This document shows, one piece after another, positions 53,078 to 64,000 of a stretch of 64,000 nucleotides of DNA. The DNA lies in NCBI GenBank assembly GCA_003693705.1, contig RBZT01000855.1, positions 236,981-300,980 of the forward strand, given 5' to 3'. Source of the stretch: Polymyxa betae A26-41. Lineage: Eukaryota > Protista > Endomyxa: Phytomyxea. A program made the translations under genes and the position numbers. Below the pieces are notes generated by a model. The model was not told where the DNA came from, did no database searches, and saw only the letters and a program-made list of their open reading frames with translations. Each line of letters starts with the position of its first letter. Positions within the stretch are counted from its first letter, which is position 1.

Positions 53078-53703
53078 TTATAGAGGAGTCTGGGTACAAT
53101 CAACATTAATAATACCTAAGTTACGTATGAATATTAGGCATGAATATATTGGGGAAGACGCAATGTAATCGCATACATTGAGGAAGGTCGACGATTTCGA
53201 CCTTAACGAGAGCGTTGATTCCCAGTGATTTCAGCGAGCCACGTACGATTCCTTTCATGATGCAAGCCAATTTGTTTGACAGGTCCGATACGAGTTTTTC
53301 GTCTTTATGGGAAAGATGACGAAAAAAACGGCAATCGTCGTCATGGATTACATAAATCCCATTGTTATTTGTTCGAAGCTGATTAATTCAAGAGCGAAGT
53401 TAAGGAAGTTTTTGCAAGCATCTTAGGTCGTCTTTACCTTGTCGACAGTTTTGCTAAAGAATTCATTCCACATGTCTTTGCATAAATATTTCAGCACGTC
53501 AAGCTGACTTTCAAACCTGACCTGGTTCAGGTAGTCAGACCATGAATGGCATGACGAGCATGCAAGCAGACCTTCTCCCGAATGATTCGTTCTGTGAACC
53601 TTAGGCCAATGTCCTCACCGATATGGTCTAGAGCGTCTTCCGACAGTTTCGATCTTACAATCTCATTGATGACCAGATCTAGAGACAACCTCGATATGAT
53701 CAT
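53078..53703 (-). CDS. TRAPPC6: TRAPP complex subunit 6 (Trs33/TRAPPC6); not in ORF track
   Basis: IGEDIGLRFTER, RFESQLDVLKYLCKDMW..FFSKTVDKLRTNNNGIYVIHD, GIVRGSL..LG. Confidence 0.9.
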
Positions 53704-53920
53704 GTTTACACTTTACATACAATAACCATATTGCGCATCCATTATGGCTTGCTCTAGTCCATACTGCCATCCAATAGGTCAGAAAATTCGACTTTTATTA
53801 TCAACATGCATTGATATTAGGCAATCTTCGTTAAGCAAGATACCGTTGCGATCTTGGTACTAATATATAGACTGGCTATACGTTCTTGACTAATAGCGGT
53901 TAAGAGCACAGGCTGAACGG

Positions 53921-54573
53921 ATGTCTACTGGAAATCAAGAAAATGCAGAAAAGGAGCCAGTTGCCGATGCATCGGCGCTGATGGCCGTTCTGAAAAAGCG
54001 GATCAAGGAGGCGTTTGACCTATTCGATCGGGATGGGAAAGGCATTGTAGTGAAAGAGTTAAGGGCTTGCTTGCCGATTACAATTGCAATAATTCTTGAT
54101 ATAGAGAAGTGGGAACCATAATGAGATATCTGGGCTCATATCCAACCGAAGAAGAGCTTCTGCTACAAATCCTTCCACGTATTCGAGAGGACGAAGATTC
54201 CCATTTTATTCGCTACGACCGTTTCGAACCTGTCATGCTCAGTGTCTTGAACCAGGGCGATTACGAGCCCGATCTGGACGATATCGTCTTGCAGGCATTC
54301 AAAATGATCGACCATGAGCATAAAGGGTTTATCAGTGACTACAGGTCGAATTTCAACAATCATGAGATGTGCTCGTTAAATTGTTTACTTGATAGAATGA
54401 TTCAGCTATTAACGTCGAATGAATACAAGTTCCGACAGAAAGAGCTCGAGCAATTCCTGAAAATCTCCAAAGACGACACGTCAGATAAGATCTATTACGA
54501 AGATTATGTTGCCATTCTCGCCAAAGATCTGGAAGAACTACGTGAGCGTAATAAACAGATGGAGTTTGCGTAG
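53921..54573 (+). CDS. EFCAB2: EF-hand protein EFCAB2/DRC8 (dynein regulatory complex), 3 exons
   Basis: RIKEAFDLFD, EVGTIMRYLG.YPTEEEL, FIRYDRFEPVM, LQAFKMID.E.KG, IYYEDYV. Confidence 0.88.
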
Positions 54574-54585
54574 ATAGACACCACA

Positions 54586-55039
54586 ATGTCGGCGGCTGCT
54601 GGACCTGCAGGTTCCGTTCTGGGTCATGGCGTCTCAACGCCTCGTGTACAGTCCAGCCAGTCCTATGATGAACTGATTCGTTCGCTGGAAATCGCTATAG
54701 AGCAGGCGTTCGCGGGTCTGGCGTCTGCGTTCTCGGTGTCGCCTCAGTTCTCCCTGCATAGCGAGAGGAAGCGCATCCTGCAATTGATAGATGTGTTGGC
54801 GAATCTGCTCAGAGACCAGGGTGATGCTGTGTTAACCCTACCTAATGCTGCTAGCGATGACGACTGCAAAGAGCGTATCGCTGATCTTAGGCGTCAGATT
54901 AACCAAATCACAGGCAGCAATGCTAAGGTCAATACATCACCCACCTTCATCAAAACGCCGATTTTAAACATTGTATCAGATCGCTGTGCAAGTACTAAAC
55001 AAAGTGAATGCAGCTCACAAGTTAAGGAAACCGAACTAG
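54586..55039 (+). CDS. Small helical/coiled-coil hypothetical protein (2 exons)
   Basis: Clean ORF from ATG 54586. Intron about 54928-54979. No recognised family. Confidence 0.6.
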
Positions 55040-55143
55040 AAGGCTTTTCTATAGATATATTCACAAAACATCAATGTATTCGACAGTTGCGATCACGATT
55101 TTAATAATGTACATTAACCTAACTTTCAGACAGTAGTACATCA

Positions 55144-56240
55144 TCAAAATCTACGAGGCTTTTTGCTAATAGGTTGCTCTAAGTCAGGGTACAATCGGCC
55201 AATCATCTGTTGAAGCTGATCGCAGCTGATTGGAGAGCTCCTGTACGACAGCCAATCAGCACCAAAACACGCTTTATCGACGTCGTCTCTCCAGTTCTGA
55301 TATTGCGAGATTTTTGGTTCGGGAAATGGGCAGGTCCTCATCCAGTTTGCCAACCGAAATTCGACATTGTCTTCACCGAACAGATCTTCTTCGGAATCGT
55401 TTCCCAATGACCCGATCCATCTGATAATAGGAGGTATAGCCTGACTGGAGCTCTTCACGTCAGGAAAGAAATACAGGCCCATGTAGGGACATGTTGACTG
55501 TTGCAAAACCTCAATGGCATTCGGGATTCGGTGACATTGTGCGAATTCAAGCCTTACAGAACCATCAGGCCGAGGAAATCTCAATTCCACCTAAGAACAC
55601 ATCAATAATGACTATACACTTAAACTCATCTTAACAAACCTGAGCTACTCTTAGCCGATGATCCCAACTTTGTGTTAGAAGCGATGTCCCCAGAAAGACC
55701 ATAAGATCGACAATTTGAACTGTTAATGGCGAAACCGATAAAATATGGCAGCGAATAGCAGTTCTATGAGAATTAGATTGCTGTAAAACTGTCAGAAGCA
55801 AAATACCTTGATAATCTGGATGCCGGTTTTTTCCTATACATGAAATCGATTCCGGTTAGCTTGCGAGATGAGGCTGGATTCATAGAATGGACTAGGTATG
55901 TGCCACAGTCGAGAACCACGAGCAAAAAGGGGGATTCTGTTATGCTATTTGTCAATATAAGAGCGCTGCAAACTGCAATAGCTTGCAAATACAGACAAAC
56001 CTGCTACTATGAGTGTGCAAAAATACGATCTGGTTAGCTGAGAATCATTACATAAATCAACAATGGCAGCGCCATCCTGATGATACTTTCTGAACGTCTC
56101 ATCCAGGAACGATAAGAATTCAGTGAGCTCGACAGTCTCACCTGATCAGGTTTCGGTCAGCAATGCCATGGACGAATGACGAAAGCCTTACTGGAAGAAA
56201 GTGTCGAGGTTCTACTGATAATGTCAGCTCGGGATGGCAT
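55144..56240 (-). CDS. Divergent mRNA-capping guanylyltransferase-fold protein (no KxDG seen), multi-exon
   Basis: Ordered motif analogues: TAIRCHIL (III), VQIVDLMVFLGTSLLTQSWDHRL (IIIa), YMGLYFFP (IV), IIRWIG (V). The 5' exon structure is uncertain. Confidence 0.6.
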
Positions 56241-56684
56241 GACGCTTGCAGACGTCTAGGGATAAGTGACCTCTGCAATCAAACGCAAAGCAGCCGTCAA
56301 GAATAGTGACCCACTCCGTACAGCTGCAAACTGGTATTTAAAGCATGAATGTTTGTAGTGTCTCTTACTTAAAGCATGAAATGCCAAAAAAAGTCGAATT
56401 CTGCATTCTCTAACTATAGTCCAATCCTGAGAGCAGGCCTGCAAAAAATATTTTTACAGATAAATTTCTATTGATTAAATACTCGTTTTTTCACAAAGTT
56501 TTCTGTGATTGCACAGTAGTACAGAGTCGGCTAAATTCCTCAGAAATCGCTAACGTTAATCATCTTCATGAAATATTTGAGGCATAGTTTGAAGTAAACG
56601 GGGATGAGGTAAGAGGTCGCGCTTTCATAGTCATCGCAGTTACCTTCTCTATCGGGGCATTTCCATCGTTATATTTTATAAAAC

Positions 56685-57152
56685 ATGTCTGTCGATGGGG
56701 TTCGTCAGCTCAGACGACTTATAATCAACTATTGTAATTGGGGCGGGTCTAGCCAAAACTTAAGGTCCTATTCTGTCAACCTTATTATTGAAGTAGTGAT
56801 TTTTGCATTATAGATCGTTTCTATCAAGCCCGCGTCTCATTCAGTTTGCTGAGTCGAACCCTGAGCTTGAGATCATTGCTAAGAAGCGTCACGGGCATCC
56901 ATTTATTATTGGCGAATACAGTTAGGATTTTCGAAAATTCTATGATCTCATAGCTGAGCTTTTATAGTTAATGGTGTTCAACACCAAATCGATGTCAAAA
57001 ACAAAAGCGAAGGTGACATTATGGTTGTTATGAAACAACTAAGGAATCGATCCGGCAGGAACACCTCGTCCCTCAAATTCTGGCAGCGCCCCCGTACGCT
57101 GGTTAGATCCATACAAGGATTATGGAATCCAATGCAATCAGTTTCAGTCTAA
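56685..57152 (+). CDS. MRPL43: Mitochondrial ribosomal protein mL43 (3 exons; not in ORF track)
   Basis: GVRQLRRLIINYCNWGGSS..LR, FAESNP, HPFIIGEY.NG, LRNRSG, SIQGLWNP. Confidence 0.92.
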
Positions 57153-57361
57153 AGTGTATCGTTCATCGTATCCAATAAACTCAACAATTTCTATAGGAAG
57201 TCTGAGGTTACCCTTGGCAGATGAAATGGGCCGGTTCGGTCGTCAACGGGATTCTGTTCTTACTTTTTTTAATTTATTTTTTACAAAAGTGCGCAAGCCA
57301 AAGTAAAGTGCGCACATTAAAGTCCACCAGTTTCAGAAAGTCACCAAGTAAAGCGAAAAGT

Positions 57362-58733
57362 ATGGCCACCGATCCTGGAGAAATCGGTTGGGATCATGCG
57401 TCGTCTCCAGCAATCATCAAACCTGTTCCAAAGAAGCGTACGAAGCCCATAGCGATGGCCCAGCCGCCAGGTTTGATACTGATTTGCCGTTGCTTGCTTG
57501 TGATTATCGTTCTGGAATTCGGAAATTTTGTGGCTTGTTAGAATGCGATTGTTTTTCCATATTGACAGCCTTTGTGTTTGATGGTTTTTTAACTTTTAAT
57601 TCCTGGATAATCTGGTTTAGGCCATCGGTTAAATGAAACCAATAGTTCTTCAGACAAAGTCCTGGCTTCTTTAGCCAGTGAACAGAACAACACCGTCCAG
57701 ATAACTGAAACTTTGTCTGCAAGAATGGATAGCTCTCTAGGCGTTCTGACAAAAAAATTTGTCAGCCTTTTACAGAGCGAAAGCTCTGGAATTTTGGACC
57801 TCAATGTAGCTGCTGCTGCCCTTGGTCCGATTAGCTTCTCTGCTGATTCGACATTTCGTTGATTGCGTTTCGCAGGTGTCCAGAAAAGAAGAATTTACGA
57901 TATCACAAACGTTCTTGAGGGCATTGGTAATTTATTATTCATAACAATTGCCCATAACTTACCGGTAATTCTAGGCATGATTGAGAAGAAATCGAAAAAT
58001 CTGATTCAATGGAGCGGTGTTGGAGGTTGGTTGTATTCTTGGAAGCAACTGATTTTCTCTAAAAATGTTCAGCGTTGACAGAAGTCGACGACAAAAGCGA
58101 TTTAACCGCTGAGATCGCTCAGTTGGCCATCGATGAAAGGATTATTGATGGCTATATCGAAAGGATGGATGCTTTAGTCAAGAATATGGAAGGTTGGTTT
58201 CGCGATTCGATCCAATCTTTGTTCTAACAGTTGACAGCTGAGGAAGCTGTATCAAGCCTTGGCTATGTCACATATGAAGACATCAGGCAAAATTTGGGCA
58301 ATCCTGGTGATACGATTCTTGCAGTTAAGGCGCCACCGGGTACCATTCTGACTTTTCACGATCCTAAACCGGTATTTAGATGTTTTGTTTTCTGTACGCT
58401 TACTGATTTTTTGCCTAGAGTAGCGGTAATAATGCTGAAATAAGGCACGAGATCTCACTTGAAAGTGATAGCGATCCAGTTGATATATTTATCATCAGCA
58501 AACATGCTGTTCAGGTATTATAGTCCGGTTTAAGGTGTATAATGTTTTTCATCGTTAGCTAGTGTTCCGATGATATGTATCCTGTGATCGCTTTATCATC
58601 CGATTCGTCGCCGATATCTCAGAGAAATACTATTCAACAGCTTGACCCTGATATGTACCTAAATCTGGAAGCTTCTGTGTTCCCTGACGAACAATTTAAT
58701 GAGCAAGAAGGATTGTCTGATATTTATAAATAA
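57362..58733 (+). CDS. E2F-family transcription factor (multi-exon)
   Basis: [50 protein letters not shown], marked box [16 protein letters not shown], and C-terminal EGLSDIY. Confidence 0.94.
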
Positions 58734-58753
58734 TATTATTAATTACAGTCATC

Positions 58754-61700
58754 TTACGTTCCTAGAAACGTCTTATCATTGATGTTGATTTGGGATGTTT
58801 CGATCGGCTGAGACTGAGACTGAGTTGGCTTGATAGCCCTAACAGACTTGATATTGGCTGAAAAGACAAGGATAACCATACAGAACAATAAAAGTGATGA
58901 GGAAGAAGCTAATGCAATCATAGTGACAGCGTCCATCGGCAGACCTTGCAGCTGGATTATGACTTCAATTGAGTTGTCACAATACGAGGTCATTAAAGAA
59001 GGCACTGTTTTGGAAGATATTTGAACCAGGAGAAAAATTTCGGGGGCGCTAGGAAATTCAGGATAGATCTTGGAACAGGGGCTTCCGATAGGGCACTGCC
59101 AGCTAAACCGAATTTAGCCAGCGATTCCGCAAGTCAACCATAAGACAAGCTAACCTGATTGTTGAATTGGTACTTAAAATGCTAGAGGAATCAGAATTCG
59201 TGTAAGCCCACAGAGACTTTGCCCCGGAATTATAATCGAGTAGTTGCTGGTTATCAAACAGAACGATAGAAGTTGGCGACATCCCAACACCTAGCACAGC
59301 GAGCGTAATTGGTCCTTGGTAATGCATAATTTGACCAGATATATCATCTGTTGTCTGTAGCGACAGCTGAAAATCTGCAGAGCCTATTTAGAAAAAAGTT
59401 TTTGTTTAGCTGGCAAATGAATAGACCCGTCGTGAATGGAAAGCAGTAAGATGAATGCATGTTGGTGTCAACACATTCATTTGCGCCCAGAGTTTCTTTC
59501 AAATTGATTGCGGGCTCGATTCCGGGAGGGCAACCGGAAAACACATTGACATCATACGAAATAACTGATCTGAATACAATCATCAAACAAATGAAGTATA
59601 TAGGAAAATCGAACCAAACTGCATCGTTGCGGAATCTGGTGCCTGATCGACTACAGACCCAATCAAGGTACATGCAGATGTTGCATTTAGAGGCAACAAA
59701 CGAATTGGCGTATGGCGAAGATTGCTACCGGATTGAGACATTGTGTGATACTGACCAGAATCGGTTATAACCAGCTCATACATCACTGTCTTTGCAAACG
59801 AATTCGAATCGGTTCTTTTCAAAGACACTGTGAGTCAAAAATAAGTTCAACAAAGATGCCAACTACCCAGATTATGCATACTGTTGACGTAGCCCATATT
59901 ATCATAAGATATACCCAAAGCAAACAAACCAGGGTCAATATTTAACTCAGCATATATGGTAAGGTTGATCTGATCTTGATAATCAATGAATATAGGCTCA
60001 TCAATACGATCTGCCTTTATACTATCCCCGTTCAATGTAAACTCAAGCGTCTTGTATGGACAGATCAAATGATGATCTTTGACATCATTATTGTAAGCAG
60101 ATTGGAGCAAATCTTGTAGGCTATCGGTGACAACAACCTGATCGGCGGTAGAGCCATTCACAACGTAGGCGAGACGGAGAGAGTCTTCTCCATCAAACAG
60201 TACTCTGCTGAGCATATTAGGTGTATCAAGGAGAGGATAAGGAACTTGAACTATTCGCCACGAATCAATATGACCACAGTAGAGCTTATTTGAAGCCGTT
60301 AAGAATGCAAATGTTCCATCTCCGGCAGAATCGAACGAAGTAATATTATCGCCTGTGTACATCACATAGAAAGAGCTCCCGAGTGTTCTGCTAATGAGCA
60401 ATACCGATCCCTTGAATCACGTATAAGTACGCGAAAATTCCGAACTGGATTTAAACTGACCCATGCAAACATTATTCTTCCAGGATGTCGCAGTGGCACA
60501 ACGCGTTTGATTGAAACAGGCACTGAACCAGAAGACTTCAACGACTCGGTGTCGTTCAATATTAGCCGCTCGATAATCGGTGTTGATGCAGAAACTGAGC
60601 GAACAAAAAAAGGTAGTTGGAATCTGATATTCCAATCTGAAGCATTGCGAAGAACAATGACAGTAGCACCATTTGGTCGGCGACATATTGCAACAGTGCT
60701 ATTAACCTCTGTGGGATCGCTAAATGCACCGATAATTTGCAGACCCCACTTGGTGATGGACGTTGTGTCTATTGCATAGAACTTGTCTGGGACGTCAGGA
60801 TTCCAGGCCCATATATTTGTGGAGTTCACTGCCATTACTGCTGCAATTACTGACGATCCTGGCGGGATTTGAACAGACGGAGGTGATAGCGAATCGATGG
60901 ATGCATTCAGAACTATAAGCTTAGTCGAATTCGATTCCTTAGAGGCGAATTGATAGAGCACAACGCCGAGTCCAGTTGATATTAGAATGCCATTATCGAC
61001 AGGTATAGCAGTCATAGCATTGGGCGATTTCCCCTTGACGACAGAATCAGGAATGCGAATCCCAACCGGTTTTTTGAAGCTACGATCACCAGGAGAGTAT
61101 AGAAAGGACAGAGGTTCTCGCTCAACGACTATAACGGCATCTAAAGTGAAGCCAGGAGCATGAATGAAATCGAAACCCGACACAGCGACCGTATTGGATG
61201 GAACAAGCAGCTCGGAATTCAACTGAAAGCTTGGCTGTGCGCATGAGCTTGCTCTCATTGACCATGACGATTTTATGATACAATGTGTGTCAGAGACATC
61301 GTCTGAAACTGAGAACCCGACATCACCTGTCATATTAATTGTAAATAAACTGGAATATATTGTCACTTTAGCTTGTCCAGAGAAATTAAAATGAAACGGA
61401 ATCAGCCAGGCACTGCCGGTAAATACACCCAAGTTATTGTAAATTTGACTATTGGAAAGGCCATGATAGGCACGCTCATCAACGTGAGCAAAGGGAGAGA
61501 CACCATTGTTGTAGAGATGTTTCGCTAGGTATGAATTAGGCTGGCGGGTCAATCGATCCGCAACCTGAATAGAAAGAATGAAGTTATCGTCGGGCCATGC
61601 TGATGGCAACTCGTAAACAGCGTCCTGCTGCAGGCACGATGCATGAGAGATCTGGCAGGTCCATTGGTTAGTTTGCTGAATGACCTGAAGTGAGTCGGTT

Positions 61701-61762
61701 TGATGAACGACAATGATGAGAACAGAAGCTATATGAATAAAGACATGGAGTAACGTTATCAT
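58754..61762 (-). CDS. CatSper channel auxiliary subunit-like (most gamma-like) single-pass membrane protein
   Basis: Signal peptide, beta-rich ectodomain, ICPY...IFIDY, FSGCPPG, and WQCPIGSPCSKIYPEFPSAPEIFLLVQISS...SYCD......LQGLP followed by one TM helix and a short tail. Confidence 0.75.
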
Positions 61763-61779
61763 AGATGTGAGAGAGCCCT

Positions 61780-62922
61780 TTATATGAAGATCACATAGTG
61801 TACAGTAGCACCCAAATACAGACAATGGGGTGTACCCCAAATTCCCATCCACCATAGAGAGTTCATCATTCTCTTTTGGAACATTGTGGCAACGTCATAG
61901 CAGCAGGTGCACTTGTCGACTGAGGCAATCGCCTGCCAACTGCCAAGCAAGAGCTGTACCTGCTTTGTGACCTCAATCATTCAAATTCTCCATATTAAAA
62001 TTTGCACTGCGCCTGCTCTTTGAGCGCCACATTAAAACCAATTCCAGCGCAAGTAAAGCTGCAGCGGGACTTGACAGATGATACTACTGTTATGGTCATA
62101 TGAGACTGTAAAATATGATCATTATTCGTTCGAGTTTAACCGATATAGGTATGCTTGAACTTCAACAGATAGGAGCATTCAATTTTGAGTAGCGAAAGCA
62201 ACAAGTCATTGTTTCGTGTTTAAACCTCTGGAAAGAACGCTGTTTCAAGAGATACAAGTTAAAATTAATGTGATTTTCCGCCGCAAGCTTGTACATTATA
62301 TGAGAGGACTCATTTTACTCTCGCAGCAATTGATTTGAGAATCACGATTCAGCAATCAGCAGTTTCGTTCGAGCACGCTATTACGCAGAGACAGAGAACG
62401 AGCTCTCTGCCATGAAACTGAAGAGCTGGATATGTGACCGGTTCTGAGCGATGTTAACATTGATCGGTCAAGGGATCGCTCTCGGGCTTCTGCGCTTAGA
62501 ACGGAGCTCTTTTGTAAGACAAACCAACAGAATCCGTAGTGTAGCATACCTATAAGAGTACACGACCACTACCAATATTTTTCAATTCGGTTTCGTGTTT
62601 AGTCTTGATAGCAGCCTGACACTGTGGCTCCCATACTGTATTCTTGTTTCATCATTAAAAAAAATAATTTACTCATCTATAACAAACTAACGACGCTGTC
62701 CGTCCACATTCGTGCGAGTCATAGCACATGCTGGATCCAGGGCCAGTACGTCCGCACCGAGAGAATCGGTCTTCGGTCACGGCGGTATGGTTCGAGTTGT
62801 TTCGGGCGATGCCCTTTGCGATCAAAACAAAAGGCGACGAATCCGTTCAAGAGCCCGCCCAAGATGTTCTTCATCTCGTTGACGATCGCGTCGCTACTTG
62901 CTGCGGGGCGTACCGCATCCAT
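61780..62922 (-). CDS. Possible multi-exon hypothetical gene (structure unresolved)
   Basis: Coding-like first exon MDAVRPAASSDAIVNEMKNILGGLLNGFVAFCFD... and several minus-strand intron-like segments. No consistent full model was found. Confidence 0.3.
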
Positions 62923-63116
62923 TATGAAATTTCCGCTGCTTGGCATCCAAACGGGTTGCAAGGAATCTGCGTGGCAGGAAATTCCCGTCCCAAGTCGCAC
63001 AGGGAATTTCCAGCTTTCCGGCGGAAATTTTCCGTGACATCCAAACGGGCCCTAAGTCGGCTTGGCTGTCGGCAATAGAGCGCAGCCCTTCCAGCTCACA
63101 CGCAGTTACCCAGGAT

Positions 63117-63555
63117 TAGGGTTGGGGGAGAATGAACCCGACCCGAGTCGGACCCGGGTTAGGTGAGTCGGGTTGGGGTGACCGAGTCGGGTATTCCATT
63201 GACTCGGGTCGAACCCGGGTTGGACCCGATCTTACTGATTTTGCTGAATTATCCGGTCTTCGGGGATAATCCATCGTAACTGATCTCGAAATGCTACTTT
63301 TACTTTATTATCGATTGGGTTGTCATATCACGATCGTTTACACTGAGAAAAGATATAAAAAACTGCAGTTCACACATGGCCTGCACAGTGCGCTGAAAGT
63401 TTATTAGCATTTTCTTCCAGTCAACCAGGGGTCAACCCAGGTGAACAGCGGGTCCAACCCGACCCGACCGAGTCGGGCCCTTGGCCAACCCGATCAGATC
63501 GGGTTGGGTATTTGTAAAACCCGACCCGACCCGACCCGACCCCTTACCATCCCTA
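63117..63555. mobile_element. Non-autonomous hAT (Ac/Ds-like) MITE, 439 bp
   Basis: TIRs TAGGGTTGG / CCATCCCTA. Perfect 8-bp TSD CCCAGGAT at 63109-63116 and 63556-63563. Dense subterminal ACCCG/CGGGT repeats at both ends around an AT-rich core. Confidence 0.93.
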
Positions 63556-64000
63556 CCCAGGATCATCATCATGTCGTCTCGCTCTTCTCACATGATTAGT
63601 CGTTCGCTGTCCAGTCTTAGTGGACGGACTCGAGTCCAATTCTGCTGGCTGGGTGCTCCTTTGCTGCAAATGCGCTCGTTTGCTGATGTGGAAAACTCTT
63701 CCCAAATGTGTCAGCAATGTAATTCCGAGCTCAAGTGACACTTCCCCGATAATTGACATGGATTTCACTCTCGCGTGTGTATCAGATTTATTAAAAATTA
63801 CATAAAACTTCTGATTTTCCCAAAAATAGCGTACGCAGTTTGATGGAACTGCGTCCGCAATAAGACTCGAAGACTGACGCATAAATCTGATGCGTACTAA
63901 AGATGCGAACATTGATGAAGTATGAAGACCTACTCTAATAATATTGGGCTCGACTCCCAGAGGTCCGTACGGACACCGTACGGACTGAGCTGAATGAAGC
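63553..64000 (-). CDS. 3' end of a hypothetical gene entering from beyond the window
   Basis: Exon SSYFINVRIFSTHQIYASVFESYCGRSSIKL, intron 63834-63768, then LKSMSIIGEVSLELG...RRHDDDPG*. The stop codon lies in the hAT terminus. Confidence 0.5.
   Translation of the reverse strand, partial: LHSAQSVRCPYGPLGVEPNIIRVGLHTSSMFASLVRIRFMRQSSSLIADAVPSNCVRYFWENQKFYVIFNKSDTHARVKSMSIIGEVSLELGITLLTHLGRVFHISKRAHLQQRSTQPAELDSSPSTKTGQRTTNHVRRARRHDDDPG

Noticed and set aside
1-64000. tRNA, rRNA or snoRNA genes
   Set aside because: GGTTCGA-like hits lack a visible cloverleaf context and no rRNA signatures were seen. A tRNAscan-SE/Infernal run would be needed to exclude small ncRNAs.

Overview
Eukaryotic nuclear DNA that is very gene-dense, with about 30 genes, many ~45-60 bp GT-AG introns and intergenic gaps as short as 12-60 bp. 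The ORF track therefore shows exon fragments, and gene models here were spliced by eye. Flagellar/centriolar genes (CEP19, DRC8), the compact introns and TTT(T)AGGG motifs fit a zoosporic protist, possibly a plasmodiophorid/Phytomyxea (inference only). Housekeeping genes: RPN5, GCN1, metE, NMD3, kinesin-14, PEX6, DNAJC21, mitoribosomal bL19 and mL43, acyl-CoA oxidase, two SLC35B-like transporters, V-ATPase G, TRAPPC6 and E2F. Cystatin, V-ATPase G, TRAPPC6 and mL43 are absent from the ORF track. Most notable observations: (1) a TPR protein with six copies of an unrecognised C-x3-QPPDG-x3-GC-x4-5-H-x3-4-C-x2-W putative Zn-binding module; (2) a CatSper auxiliary-subunit (gamma-like) homologue; (3) a long coiled-coil protein ending in DPFAF, like plant ZYP1; (4) a probably catalytically dead capping-enzyme-like protein; (5) a 439-bp hAT MITE with a perfect 8-bp TSD whose terminus replaces a host stop codon; (6) a Mug135/DUF1773-like gene broken by two ~100-bp insertions; (7) a ~1,320-aa Cys/Trp-rich, probably GPI-anchored surface protein. 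All family assignments come from recalled motifs, not database searches.
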